A stretch of 64,000 bases of DNA from Rhodosorus marinus CCMP1338 (lineage: Eukaryota; Plantae; Rhodophyta): contig JAMWBK010000001.1 in assembly GCA_029953675.1 (NCBI GenBank), positions 3,286,001 to 3,350,000 on the forward strand. The letters are read 5' to 3'. Position numbers and translations under genes: made by a program. The notes beneath the pieces were generated by a model, which made no database searches, was not told the DNA's origin, and saw only the letters and a list, made by a program, of their open reading frames with translations. Below, piece after piece: positions 50,866-64,000 of the stretch; positions within the stretch are counted from its first letter, which is position 1; every line of letters begins with the position of its first letter.

Positions 50866-52048
50866 AGCTCGTTGAGGGTGGTTGGCAGCTTGTGGTTTTA
50901 TTTTATGTTTTGAAAAGAAAATGCGCATATTAGCGAAAAATAGTGCTCTTGTGAATGTGTTACACTAATTATAAAAAGGTACTCAGCAACGCTTGGCGGC
51001 AGCTAACCACGGCCCGTTTCAGTCGACATCGCAGCGCGATCTCAAACTCCAGCCGGCTCCCCGACGACCAACTGGCCAAAAAATCCAACTTAAACGTGAA
51101 GAAAATTCTTCTGCTTTTTCCTTCGACGACTCGTTTTCTTCGAATCCACCCTCGTTTGGTATCAAAAGAAAGCCCTGCCTCGTCTACAAACCCTGCATCC
51201 TCTGAGCTTTCATGGATCAACGTCTCAGGAGTTTGCGGGCCAGGTTAATGTTCAAACTTGCCACCAGATCCTACTTTTCTGAACTCTAGCGTCCACTATT
51301 TCTAGCTGAAGTCTCCTTGTGCGCCAAGGCTGAGCTCGGCTGCTGCTCTGATTGTAGTCAATTTCTGAGACGAAACCAGACAATCAATAATCGCACTTTG
51401 ATTGATATGCCAATATTGACTAAGTCAATCACCAGTGGAATATTGAGATTCGACTACGGTCGGGAATCGAGGAAGTCTCCGGAGTCGCTCTTGAGTAGAT
51501 CAGCTGGTCTCCGATCTCATCATGTCTTCATAGAGGTGGTCTGCGAAAACTTACATAGTGAAGCCCATTTAGATCGCTGAGATAGGATTTGAGAAGCGAG
51601 AGAACATATGTAAATGAACGACCAGTGATGTAATATCGCGTGGATCCCGGATATCTTTGGGCTCCGGTGAGATTACCGGGGTAAGCGGATCGGATCCTAG
51701 CGGACGTCCAGGCGAAGTTACGGTAATAGGGAGGTCGAAGTTCTCCGTTACTGGCTCACGCTAAGCATGAACATAGATGAGAAACTGAATGTCCAAGAAG
51801 CTTCAAATCAAAGCATGCATGACTACAAGTTTTACGCACCGGTACATCTCGATCCTCAAACTGCTGGTCCAAAATACTTAGATCCTCTAGGCAAGCTCCC
51901 CATTCAAATGGGATGCGAATGCTCCTTGAAAATCTCTTCCAGAACTGCGTCTGGATGCTCAATCGAGGCTTCCCAAAAGGAGCTCTGCAGTTGAAGCTGG
52001 GGCTACGCCTATGGAGTCGAATCGAAATCCCCCCTTTGCGTGCCATAT

Positions 52049-52125
52049 TGGTCGTAACATTGGGCGTAGCATTGGTCATAACATTGGTCGTAACGTCAGT
52101 CGTAACATAGGTTGTAACATTGGGT
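52049..52125 (+). repeat. 12-bp minisatellite (about 6 units, consensus GGTCGTAACATT)
   Basis: ggtcgtaacatt / gggcgtagcatt / ggtcataacatt / ggtcgtaacgtc / agtcgtaacata / ggttgtaacatt. Confidence 0.8.
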
Positions 52126-52179
52126 GGAACAGTGGTCGAAATATTAGTCGGAGAGATCTCGACGAGGAGCAACAAGAGA

Positions 52180-54433
52180 ATGGCACTGGTGTGCGTGAGC
52201 ATCACTGCTACATCAACAGGAGCTGCGCAGGCGGAAGTATGTCCTGTCACGAAGACGAGCATCTGTGGAAGCTGACAAAGGCTGAACAAACTTGTTGTTT
52301 TGTTTCTGTTTTGGTGAACGTCCGATAGATAGACATCGCAGAGTCCAATGAGGCCGAGATGGTGGAGCTCAGGCTTGATTTTCTTGCAGAAGGCGAGAAT
52401 TGGGAGAGCCTTGTAAGCTATGGAAAGCTTCCAAAGATAGTGACAAACAGGGTAGGATCTCGTTTTCACCAGCCATGAGGTTCCGCGAGCCATCGGAAGA
52501 TGTGAAGATCGCGTCGTATTCGCTCACTGATCCTCTGCTCCTGGCTTGTAGGCGAGTTGGGAAGGTGGAAACAGCGATGAGAGCGAGGAAGTCCGCCTAG
52601 GAAAGCTCATTCGGGCGTTGGATATAGGAGCTGACTTCATTGACGTCGAACTGAAGGCTGCAGAGACTTACGAACAGTTGATCCAAGGCACGCCGAAGAA
52701 GGGCTTGGTAAGGAAGGAATTTCGAGCTCCGGGATGGAAAAAAGAATTGATTTTGAAGGAGCGCGTAACGCTTTCTTTCCTCTGCAGAAGATTTTGTCTT
52801 ATCACGATTTTGAAAAAACTCCTAGCCTTGAGGAACTGAGCCAGATCTACGCAAAGATGCTCGAAAAAGGTGCAGATTTGTGCAAGATCGCCGTGACTGC
52901 CAACGACATTTCAGACTGTGCACGAGTGCTGCATGTGCTCCAAGGTATGATCGACCCAGCTTGGATAGATTTTTTGGGGCACTCATCACAGGCGTGAGCT
53001 CAAACTGAAGCTCTCTGTTATCTTTATTGACAGCTGCCACCAATCCGACCATCATGCTAGCAATGACTGAGAGAGGAATGTTAACGAGACTGCTCGCAGG
53101 AAAGTACGGTTCGATGTTAACCTTCTGCTCTACAAATTCAGGCAAGGAGTCTGCTCCTGGACAGATTGCCGTCGCAGAGCTCCGATCTTTGTATAGATTT
53201 AAATCGATCGAGAACTTAACCAGTAAGCGAATGCTTTTTTCGGGGTAATCCCTACCAAAGCACGTTTCCCCCCAGCCTGCTTGCCTCAACATTTACGTTC
53301 TTATTCCTGCCTTCCATCAGAAGTCTACGGCATCATCGGAAACCCTGTATCCCACAGCATGTCACCCGCCATCCACAACGCAGCATTCAAGCATCGAAAG
53401 GTGGATGCGGTTTACATTCCTCTCCTCGTAGACGATGTGGAGAAATTCCTCAAATCCTTCGATGAGTTCAAATTCAACGGTTTCAGCATCACTATCCCCC
53501 ACAAGGAAGCTGCCCTCAAGTAAGCTTTCCCAAACTTGCAATGACGACGCGCTTGGGCCGTTTGCTGACACTAGGACAGTCTGTCCAAGAGAGGCTCCAC
53601 AAGTTTTCTGATGCAAGTTTTTCTTTGCTTTTTGGACCAACAAAGATGCGTTGACGTCGTAGATGAGGTTGCGGAGAGGATTGGAGCTATCAATACCATT
53701 GTTAGGCTGAAGGATGGACGGACGAAAGGGTATAATACTGACTGGATGGCTGCTATTGGTGCGGTCGAGCGTGCTCTGCTTTCGCTCGATCCGGAATATC
53801 GAAGGAGGCAGGAAGCTCCACTGCGGATTCGGGAGGATGAGGGGGTGGAGCGACCGTTGAATGGAAAGCACGTGGTTCTGGTCGGTGCCGGAGGTGCCGC
53901 GCGGGGCATGGCGTTTGGCGCGGTGGAACGCGGGGCGAAGGCGCTGACAATCGTGAACCGAACCATGGAACGAGCGGAGAAGCTCGTCGGTGAGATGAAG
54001 AGCATGGGGAAACCGTGCGAGTGCACAGCGATGAGCATCGCTGCATTCCAAGCGGGAGAAGCTGGTGAGTTTGATGTAGTGATGAACTCAACATCCATTG
54101 GAATGCATCCAAACGAGGGCGATACTCCAGTTGACTCGGTGAGTCGATTCTTCGCAGCCACTTTTTTTTCGCTTCTTTCTACCAGTTTTGAACTCAAGAG
54201 TCTCTTTCTTCTTTCAGGACCTGCTGAGCGAGTCCATGGTAGTATTCGACGCTGTGTACAACCCTCGCGAGACTAGACTCCTACGAGAGGCCAAGGACAA
54301 AGGCTGCGTGGTTGTCGATGGCGTTGAGATGTTCGTCGGCCAGGCATTGAAGCAGTACGAACTATGGACAGAAACAAAGCCGCCTAAATCTGTCATGGAA
54401 GACGCCGTCCTTCGGGGGCTGAAGCTCAAGTAA
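52180..54433 (+). CDS. aroDE: Bifunctional 3-dehydroquinate dehydratase / shikimate dehydrogenase (plant-type AroDE), multi-exon
   Basis: VELRLDFL, RASWEGG, GADFIDVEL, SYHDFEKTP, GADLCKIA, SAPGQI, GNPVSHSMSPAIHN, GFSITIPHKE, IGAINTIV, GYNTDW, VGAGGAARG, NSTSIGMHPN, DAVYNP, DGVEMFVGQA. Confidence 0.95.
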
Positions 54434-54701
54434 CAAAAAGGAAGCAGGATCGCCATCCGATATTCCGCAGAGGTCAATTCAGTGCAACTTATTGACTCCT
54501 TGGGCACCCTCTGCTCCATAGTCCGCAGGCGACGTCCTGTCACGCTCCGAACGGGTATCTCAGTAATGGCCAGTGCCTGACACTTATTTATAGCTTGCCA
54601 AGGATGGAGACTATAAAAATACACAATACAAGAAAGCGAGAGAAGGGTGCCCAAACTCTTTAAAGAGCGACTGGTGCTCCGCTCTCAGATGCAAAGGAAT
54701 A

Positions 54702-56520
<1,819 letters not shown>

Positions 56521-57541
56521 TCACACGTTACCCAAATAAAAAAGTCCTCAACACTTCCTCACTAATCAAACAAACCTCCCTCCCACCCCTCTCCCCCTCC
56601 GCATCCTCCCCATACCCCAAAACACTTTCATCCTTTATATACCGAAACCCACAAGTAGTCACCCGTCATCCTCCTCGACAGATAACTCCTGCTCCGCTTT
56701 GCTCTCAGTAGACCTACACCCAAAATATTCAATAATTCAGAACAATTCCTCCAAAGCGGAGTGGTTGGCATTCGGGCACTAAAAAAACGTCCGGAGTAAA
56801 AAATTACTGACTCAAATTATTTTTATAAACAAAACGAAATATAAAAATAGTATTCTTTTCATTTCTGGACATATTTCCTAAAATATTATTAATATAATAA
56901 TTTTAATAATGTTTTAGTAATTAATAATGCATACTACTAATTTAATTTATTTTTCGCATATTTTGTATGTTACTATTGGATAAGTATATAAGTGTCTATA
57001 AAGTATTTATTAAGTGATATCATTTATTAGTTAATTCGGAGAATATATTCATTGTTTTTATGTTTTTTAGGCGTGTCCTGAATTTCTGGTTTTATAAATT
57101 AAGGAAGAGCCACGGCCATGACGACACCTTTCTGACAGCCGATGCCAGTACCACGTTTTCTGGGCTGAAAGTTCAGCTCAAAAATCGTAAACGGCAACGG
57201 ATCTGGGGAGACAGCGCTCAATCCGAGGCATGGCCTCGGCAAACACAACGGGTTAGAGGTTAGAACTGACAACTGTTCTAAGCTTTGAACTCTCAGCCTT
57301 GCTCATCAGTTAAGACAACCTGTACCGGGCTTGCGCCGAACGCGCGAGCAACGTCCATGTCCCGCTTCATCAGTCGCGGGCAAAAAAATTGGGACATATA
57401 GGAAGTCGGTTTGGGGTCTTTGGGAGGGATGAAAGGGCAAGTGCAGAGGTAGGTTTCTGAAATAGGCATAGCTGAGATGAGTTGGCTAGATTTAGAGTCT
57501 AATGATGCGGAAGGTTCTTAGTACTCGTGGGAATTTCTTAG

Positions 57542-59002
57542 AGAGGTGAATGTCTTGAGATCGTAGAGGAGGTAGAAATGCATTTAAGTGGATGGTTTGG
57601 GAACGGGATCACGCAAGGGCGGCCGCTGTTGATGAAAGCCGCGGATGGTTCTATCCATACGATGAGCTGCGAGCAGTTGTTCAAGCTCGGACGTAACAAG
57701 CGGGACGTCGGGATGGACGAGGATGGGGAGGAGTATGTCTGTGAGCAGGTAGATATTGAAGGTTGGAAAACGCTCTCCTCGAGAGATGAAACTCCTCCCC
57801 TTAAGCCTCTTTGGAGCGACGTACGGAGCATGCTCAAGTCCAAAAGGAATCTTCTCCATATTACATTCGGGTCGAGCCATGGTGAGGTAGTTGCGCTTCC
57901 GCAGACACGTGTTTGTTCTACAGAGGGCGACGTTGATCTCCACACGGGAGTGCGCAGTGGATTGAAGCACCTAGTACGCATCAAACCTCCCCCTCTGTCG
58001 AACGAAAGTCTGCCTGCATTGGACCTCGGCTCAGCTATTCGCAAGAGCAGCTCACTTCTCAATTATCAACAAGGCTCGAGCACTCCTCTGGATATCAGCA
58101 CAAGCGCACAGGCCCTCAGGTTTGACGCAATTGAAGAGCATGAACATAGGGTGAGGCAGTGGTAGGAATCGACGCGTAGCTCATGATTGGACTGTCTCCC
58201 TCGGTTCGGCAGGCTCTCTTATCAAGGCAGCCTTGTCCCTGCACCGTTTGAAGTCAATCGCCACTACCCGACAGACAGCTACAAGATCAGGATCCTCCTC
58301 AAGTTGTCAGCGCTTCTGCTCTGCCGATTTCAACTCCGTTGGGATTGCCGCAAGTTCAGAATCACTCCTCAGCTCGGTCTGAGCGATCCGGGCGCGCAGA
58401 TCCGAGACCTCTACGAGAGTTTGCAAAGCATTATTCTGTCCCCAAGCGCACGCGCGGAAATTGAGGTAGTCCAGAAGGGCTCCATAATGTTCGAATCCCG
58501 CGAGCTTGCTGCGTTCCTAAGGATGCTCACTGGGTGGGATTTTCAAGGCCCTATCCTCAGCAACTCGGCTGTGACAGGCATTCCTTCCTTTGTGTTCTCT
58601 CTGGCGCTCGCCGACCAGGTTTTCTTCTTCGATTTCTTTTCCGAGCAACTCATTTCCAACGTCAGAAACCCACTGATCGCGGCTGGGATTTCATACCACT
58701 ACGGTCAGCGGGAAAGTGAATGCGAGTTCATTATGGAAAAGAGCTCAGGTTGTGCAGTCTTGCCCCCTCAGTTCGCGGAGAAGGTCAGTCGGCGTCAACT
58801 TGCGCCCGTCGAAACGTGGAGTTTCGAGACGTACCACTGCAACTCAACCTACTCACTTGATGTGGACAACAATTGGTACGCTGACGGTATGGGCCTCACC
58901 GCCCTCCGTGGGATGGATTTGAGAAAGGGTTTCACAAAACCGAAGTTAAGGAACCCCAGGGTTAATAAGTGGAACTACGGTAACGCATACAAAATCCTCT
59001 AA
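57542..59002 (+). CDS. Free-standing intein-like protein (Hint plus degenerate LAGLIDADG), catalytic residues lost; exons 57542-58161 and 58213-59002, 5' exon uncertain
   Basis: Block-A-like GITQGRPLLMKAADGSIHTMSCEQLF; block-B-like WSDVRSMLKSKRNLLHITF...EVVALPQT; endonuclease-like WLSYQGSL, KGSIMFESRELAAFL, IPSFVFSL, LISNVRNPLIAAGIS; block-F/G-like TYSLDVDNNWYADGMGLTA. A 51-nt GTAGGA...GCAG intron removes both in-frame stops. Confidence 0.7.
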
Positions 59003-59592
59003 GGAAAGGTGGAGTTCTTCCTTGGCTGACTAACTGAAGCTTCGCATTCATCAAGATCGGCCCAAGGCCAAGACTCTTGCCCGGACCAGACGGAGACCCC
59101 TTTGAAAAACGCAAGCCAATGCATCGCTGATGCGGCTTCCAACCAGCAGTCAACAACAACCGCAGAAAAACAAAGCTCAGCAACATAGGGACCACACCAA
59201 AGATCATCTCCACCAAGAGCTTCGAGCGCCGACCACGGATGAAAAGCAAAATGCGGCAGTAAAAAATCATAATCCGTCATTGTCCCGGAAAAAAATTGAA
59301 TTCCGTTCCTTTTACTTCCTCATTGTATCCTCGAAAGACCGGTACCTGAACTTTTGCTCGTCTGTTGAGTTCGTGAAAAATAAAAACAGGATCAAAAGGA
59401 GCAGGGCTCTCCTCACATATAAACACAAAGCTATCCCAAAAAGAGGGAGCGACAATAGTCTTGAAAACAAAAAAAAGGACAGAAAAACACTTTCCCATTC
59501 CGGCCAGGCAAGACAACTCGACAAGTATCTCGGGCTCTTTGGGTTCCTGTTTCTGTGCTATATAAAACAAAAGGGGTCCTCTACTCATGTCC

Positions 59593-61149
59593 TCAGACAG
59601 CGAGGAAACGCATCCTCAGTTGAGAAAGAATGGTCTTCGCCGAAGCGCCAAGGCCAAGCAGTCCTGCAGTCCCCGCCCCTACGATTAGGATGCTATGCAG
59701 AACCACCGATAAGTTGGTCATTGAATCATAGTTGTAGACCATCCACAGCAGCGGAGGGACTGCAAATGACAGAGAGAAAATTCCAATCGAACTGTACAGG
59801 GACATCAGGTCGCCGAAATTTGGTACGCAGAAGGCGACCACCGCGGAACCAACAAGCACCATCCCACTCAAGACTGCCCATCCGATCTTTGGCGATTTCC
59901 CATACAGAGCCTCCCGGATGCGAGGTGCTTTGGAATCCAAAAACTCCTCAAGACCGATGACAATCACATAGGACTCAATGCAGTAAGCAACGAGGACGTG
60001 TACCATGAGACAGAGGTGCGCAATCATGGAGAAAACGGTGTTCGAAGGGAGGCTCATAGTTATTGGGCTCTGCACTGCAGCTCCGTACGCGAGGAATCCT
60101 GTTGGACATGAGCAAAAAAAGGCGGCAAGGTGAAGATGGTGGTTAGCAACCCACGGGACAATTCGTCTCAAGAGATTTCGACTTTCGGTATTTGAAGAAG
60201 GCGTGCGGCGTTCTTGGTGAAACTGGGTTGTGACAGTAACATACCGAAGACGCCAATGACAAGGTAATTGCTGAGCATGATTCCCTGCGAAGTGAACAGT
60301 GCCCTTTTAAAATCTTGCGGCTTTCTCATTTCAGAAAGTACCTCAAGAAAAATCACGTGGCCCCCGAATGCAAACGCAATCGCTGTTAGGCCATTGATTC
60401 GGTCCAACGAAAAGCCCTTCACCGCTTCCACGGTTGCCGCGGTGGCAGCTGCGACTGCGCCTCCGTCTTTCGGCGAGTACAGAATCTTCACAACTTGGCC
60501 AACGACGATTCCGTTGACAGCAATGATCGTCGCTACTCCCATGAGCGTCATGAAGCTCGCTTCGTGCAGCGATTGCACCTAATATGGAAACTGTGTGTTC
60601 AGACACACAGGCTATCAAACAAACAACAGAGAAACGCAGCGCGACCTATGAGGCAGTATGACCTACCTGGACAAAGGGGAAAATGAATATCGCCGTGCAT
60701 AAAAGCCAACCCAACTCGCCCAACTGAACGTTCCACATAAGCTCCTGCAGAGAAATCTTCATTGCCGTAACAAATATACAGCAGACTCCAAAAAGGTAGC
60801 TATAAGCAACTAAAATGACAAAAGACCTCGCCCACACCCCACACCTGTGCCCGAACCTCCCTTCGAAAACCTCAAATACGAGGTCGGCATAAGTATGTGG
60901 CTTGTGCCCAGCCATGTATAGTTTCCACAGCAAAATGCCAGAATATACAGACATAAAAAGTACAGCAAACAGCCATCCAAGCCCCAAAGTCCAGCCCGTC
61001 TGCTTCAGCGCGAGCGGTAGCCCGAGAACTCCCGTTCCCAACATACTCGCCACAACAACCATACACGACTCGGTCCAATCACAGTTCTTTCCATGTCGTT
61101 CGCTGTCCAACAGTGGAACTCTCTCACCAACTCCACCGTTAACAACCAT
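59593..61149 (-). CDS. Amino-acid/auxin permease (AAAP, Aa_trans) family transporter, about 3 exons
   Basis: VVASMLGTGVLGLPLALKQTGW..G, IAFAFGGHVIFLEVLSEMRKPQDF, VPNFGDLMSLYSS..LSFAVPP; many TM segments. Confidence 0.9.
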
Positions 61150-61439
61150 CGTTCTCCCTCGGCCCTCCGACCCCCCTCTCTCCCCCTTCACAAACTCCTA
61201 AACCTTCCCGCCACTAAACAAATTCACAACACAGTCAAAATTCTCTCCCCAAAAATTTACTCTTTTAGAAGACACACCTCCTCCAGCTACTCCCTCCCAG
61301 TCCCTTACAGCCGTCGCTGTCCCCGCTCCAGGCTCTGTACCAGACACCTCCCTCTCAACCTCAGTTTATATACCCAAAAGCAATCCCACCAACCACTGAC
61401 CAACGAGACCATCTCCTGACCAGTCCTAATAAATTACCC

Positions 61440-62160
61440 ACCCCTAACCTTCTCACAATCACAATACATAAATAATACATAACCAAACTGTAATATATAT
61501 ATAGATAATTACTTGAGATAATACGGTAATACTATATATATATTGTTTTCCAAATTTTATTCCAAATAAAATCCTTCGGATTTTATTGCTAATACGCACC
61601 TCACGAGACGGTATTTTCGGTAAATCCAGCAGTAATTTTGAAGGGATGCACCTTGGAACTAAGATAGAAAGAGGGGGGGAATAATTTCAGTGTTATTTGG
61701 ATGGCATATGGGATCCTTTGAAGAAATGAAATTGAATTTTTTTGGTAAAACGGGTTCGGAATTCAATATTATACTTTCATAGAATTTTACGTCTAGTGGT
61801 ATTATTTCTAATACAAAACATGATTTTTAGCTTCCATGTCAGGTTGTTTAATTTTTAATATAGCGCTATTTTTCTCGGAAAAACAATTTTTATCCGCTGA
61901 AAGAAGCTTGCTATTTATTTCAGAAAAATGTGGAATGAGAATTCAACTGCTGGAAACGGACTTCGTCACACAGACTCCCAAAAATATTTTCACTTTTTAA
62001 GAATTATCGAGGAAAGTCCGCCGAAAATCCTTGGAGTTTACATACGTTAAGGACTATGATTGGTTAAAACGGTCTGACGAGAAACCAATGAATAGAGGTC
62101 AAAGCTCAGCCGGCTCTTATATTAACGGTATTAGATATACCAAGGAAATAAATTAAACTT
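61440..62160. promoter_or_regulatory. AT-rich intergenic core upstream of a gene start; similar cores at about 540-1140, 7260-7700, 37400-37800, 42690-43000, 49430-49790 and 56770-57060
   Basis: Sharp AT enrichment relative to the genes. At least three cores lie between divergently oriented starts (PAP/uS5m, GET3/CTC1, purA/intein-like). Confidence 0.5.
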
Positions 62161-63229
62161 GAAAGTTGTTGAGATTGGAACGATCCCTTCCAAAAATTAC
62201 CCAAAATAGTAAACGCCGGTGTCCAGGATTCTCAGTCAATGATAGATTTAGATTGAATTCAATCACGGAACGTGTTAGTCGGGGCTCTAGGAGAAATACA
62301 AGAAGTGGCATTTGGAGGACAGTCCCGGTCGTGACTTGGGGCGGCGGTGCTGAGCGTCTGAATCAGCAAGATCCGTCGGCCGATCTTGATCACATGGTTT
62401 GATCTGGCCCAGGGCAATCGGGCTATGGAAGGCAGGTTAGCGCTAGGCGCGTGACCCTAGTCCCAGTCTGTGTTTGCGATTAGAACATGGTGCCTTGCCT
62501 GCTTTTGTGTTGTTTTGCTTCCTTCCATGGAGTATTGGTGAGGACGATGGGTCTGGTCTGCCCGATAAGTTCCGGAAAGCTGCTCCGCTCGATTAGGCGC
62601 TTGTAATCTTTCTTCGAAAACTGGACACTGAAACTCGCATGATATTCAAACAGAGCACAGCCGTAGCGCAGAGCTTTATTGCCGTGATATAGTATAACGT
62701 CGTGAACCCGAGGCCGCAAATGCCAGGTTTGATCCACGTTCGCATCATATACCGGTTGGTTCCTTCTGAAACTCCGGGTGTAACCGAGTCCATGTCATGT
62801 ATTGCACGTGTCAAAGTTTGACTCAATCCAAGCTTTTTGTGGTCTGTGGTTGGTGAACTTCGGTGGCCACGCACGGGTTCCACGAGAGCTCCAGGACCGC
62901 TGATGCACGTCAGAGATTCGGCTCGGGATGTAATGCTTCGTTCAACAAAAATTTCCCACTCTCGAGAGGCATAGACAACATCAACTGTTCTGACTCGTGC
63001 ATGACTATTACGCGTCATTATTCGGCTGTACAAAAAGAGGCAGCAGGATTCACATTTCAACGCTATGAAAACAAGGCCGCAACGTAGTTACAATCTCACT
63101 GGCAACTCCAGCTTCGTGATTCGGGGAGGGAAAGGACTTTCTAGTCAGAGCACTCCACGGAATCGTGCTTGTTCAAAGCCAGAATTTACGGCTGTCCACG
63201 CGTGGACGGAGGGGCTAACAGTCGGAAGA

Positions 63230-64000
63230 TCATCCTTCAGATTCCCGAAGACGAGGAATCCTCCACATCTCTGCATATTCACCTCCCAAGCCCTTCAGGA
63301 CTTTCTGCCAGGGCATTTCCTCAGCGTCGTTCATAGCCGACAACTCTACAAACCCTGCTATCAAGAACAGCAAACAACCCGGAATAAAAGAGATCAAAGC
63401 AGGTGAGCAAACCATACAAGAATGCCAGATTCAGGCGGAAGGGTTGTTCGGTCGTACCACCGCTCTGTTCCTTCTCCTCCTCGTTTTCCCGTTCTCGTCT
63501 GAGCCGATCTTGTATCAATAAGGGTACACCTTCAACCTTGGATGCAAACCAGGTGTGTTGTTTAAGTTCTCCTTCCAGCTGATTCGGTCCCCAGCCAGCG
63601 TACCCTTGAATGATCATCAAGTCCTCAGCCTTCAACTCTCCCTGCATGTACTTGTCGTATGCGTCCTCTCTCTTGAAGTTGACAAATAACCCGGGACACA
63701 CAGGTTGGGCACCACGGAGGTCACCGTGAGTGTGCAGTACATTAAGTCGGACCTATTTTGAAGACGAAACGCTGCAAAGTTCAGCCCTCTCCCAACAAAA
63801 CGAAGCAAGAAATTGGAGGTTTGTCTCGAGGTTTAAAGCTAGAAATCATCTCGAATTAACAACAGAAGGCATCAGCTTCAAGAAGAGTTCTTTATGCCCT
63901 CGCAGAAAAGGTATCGAGATGGGCAAGTCTAAATCCAGGCTTGACGGAACACCTAGTCCCCCAACTCCGGTGGAGAGTATCCTAAACTAGATCTTTCCCT
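63230..64000 (-). CDS. DUF179 (YqgE/AlgH) family protein, 3' exons; 5' part outside the window
   Basis: VLHTHGDLRGAQPVCPGLF, IIQGYAGWGPNQLEGELKQHTW, WQKVLKGLGGEYAEM. Confidence 0.8.

Noticed and set aside
51756-52493. 245-aa minus-strand ORF with VTTN repeats
   Set aside because: It is antisense to the AroDE 5' exons, and its repeats are simply the 12-bp minisatellite; no independent coding evidence.
62008-62030. GAGGAAAGTCC, the bacterial RNase P RNA P4 motif
   Set aside because: It is an isolated 11-mer in AT-rich sequence with no matching 3' P4 strand or P1 stem.
62420-62500. tRNA-sized stem-closed segment
   Set aside because: No T-arm GTTCRA on that strand and no proper cloverleaf; the GTTCTAATC on the minus strand coincides with an ORF stop.

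Overview
This is eukaryotic nuclear DNA from a compact genome with short GT-AG introns (mostly about 50-125 nt). It is most likely a red alga, judged from the 18S sequence, MAF-type plastid transit peptides, fused plant-type urease and AroDE; the genus cannot be fixed without a search. From left to right: UTP15, whose first intron holds a C/D-box snoRNA with both targets visible in the 28S in this window; an LCL3-type nuclease; scrambled Gypsy/Copia debris; one complete, apparently untandemed rDNA unit on the minus strand (28S 10174-13501, 5.8S, 18S 14036-15827); and a spacer with an RLE non-LTR retroelement remnant and an oriented ACYAACCCTGA motif array. A dense run of housekeeping genes follows: RimI, EndoV, TMEM14/FAX, urease, EAF6, a type-I membrane protein, GST-zeta, poly(A) polymerase, uS5m, a plastid GET3, a CTC1-like protein, a cyclin, AroDE, adenylosuccinate synthetase, an amino-acid permease and a partial DUF179 gene. 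The most unusual element is a free-standing, spliceosomal-intron-containing gene at 57542-59002. It has the full block architecture of an archaeal/viral-type LAGLIDADG intein (HintN-endonuclease-HintC), but the recognisable splicing and nuclease catalytic residues are replaced, so it is a candidate domesticated intein. Divergent gene pairs are repeatedly separated by AT-rich cores flanked by strongly C-depleted sense strands. All protein identities come from motif recognition by eye, not database searches. Several stretches (22620-23450, 24250-25250, 32000-32560, 33700-34350, 48000-49400, 50950-51600, 62480-63060) could not be assigned.
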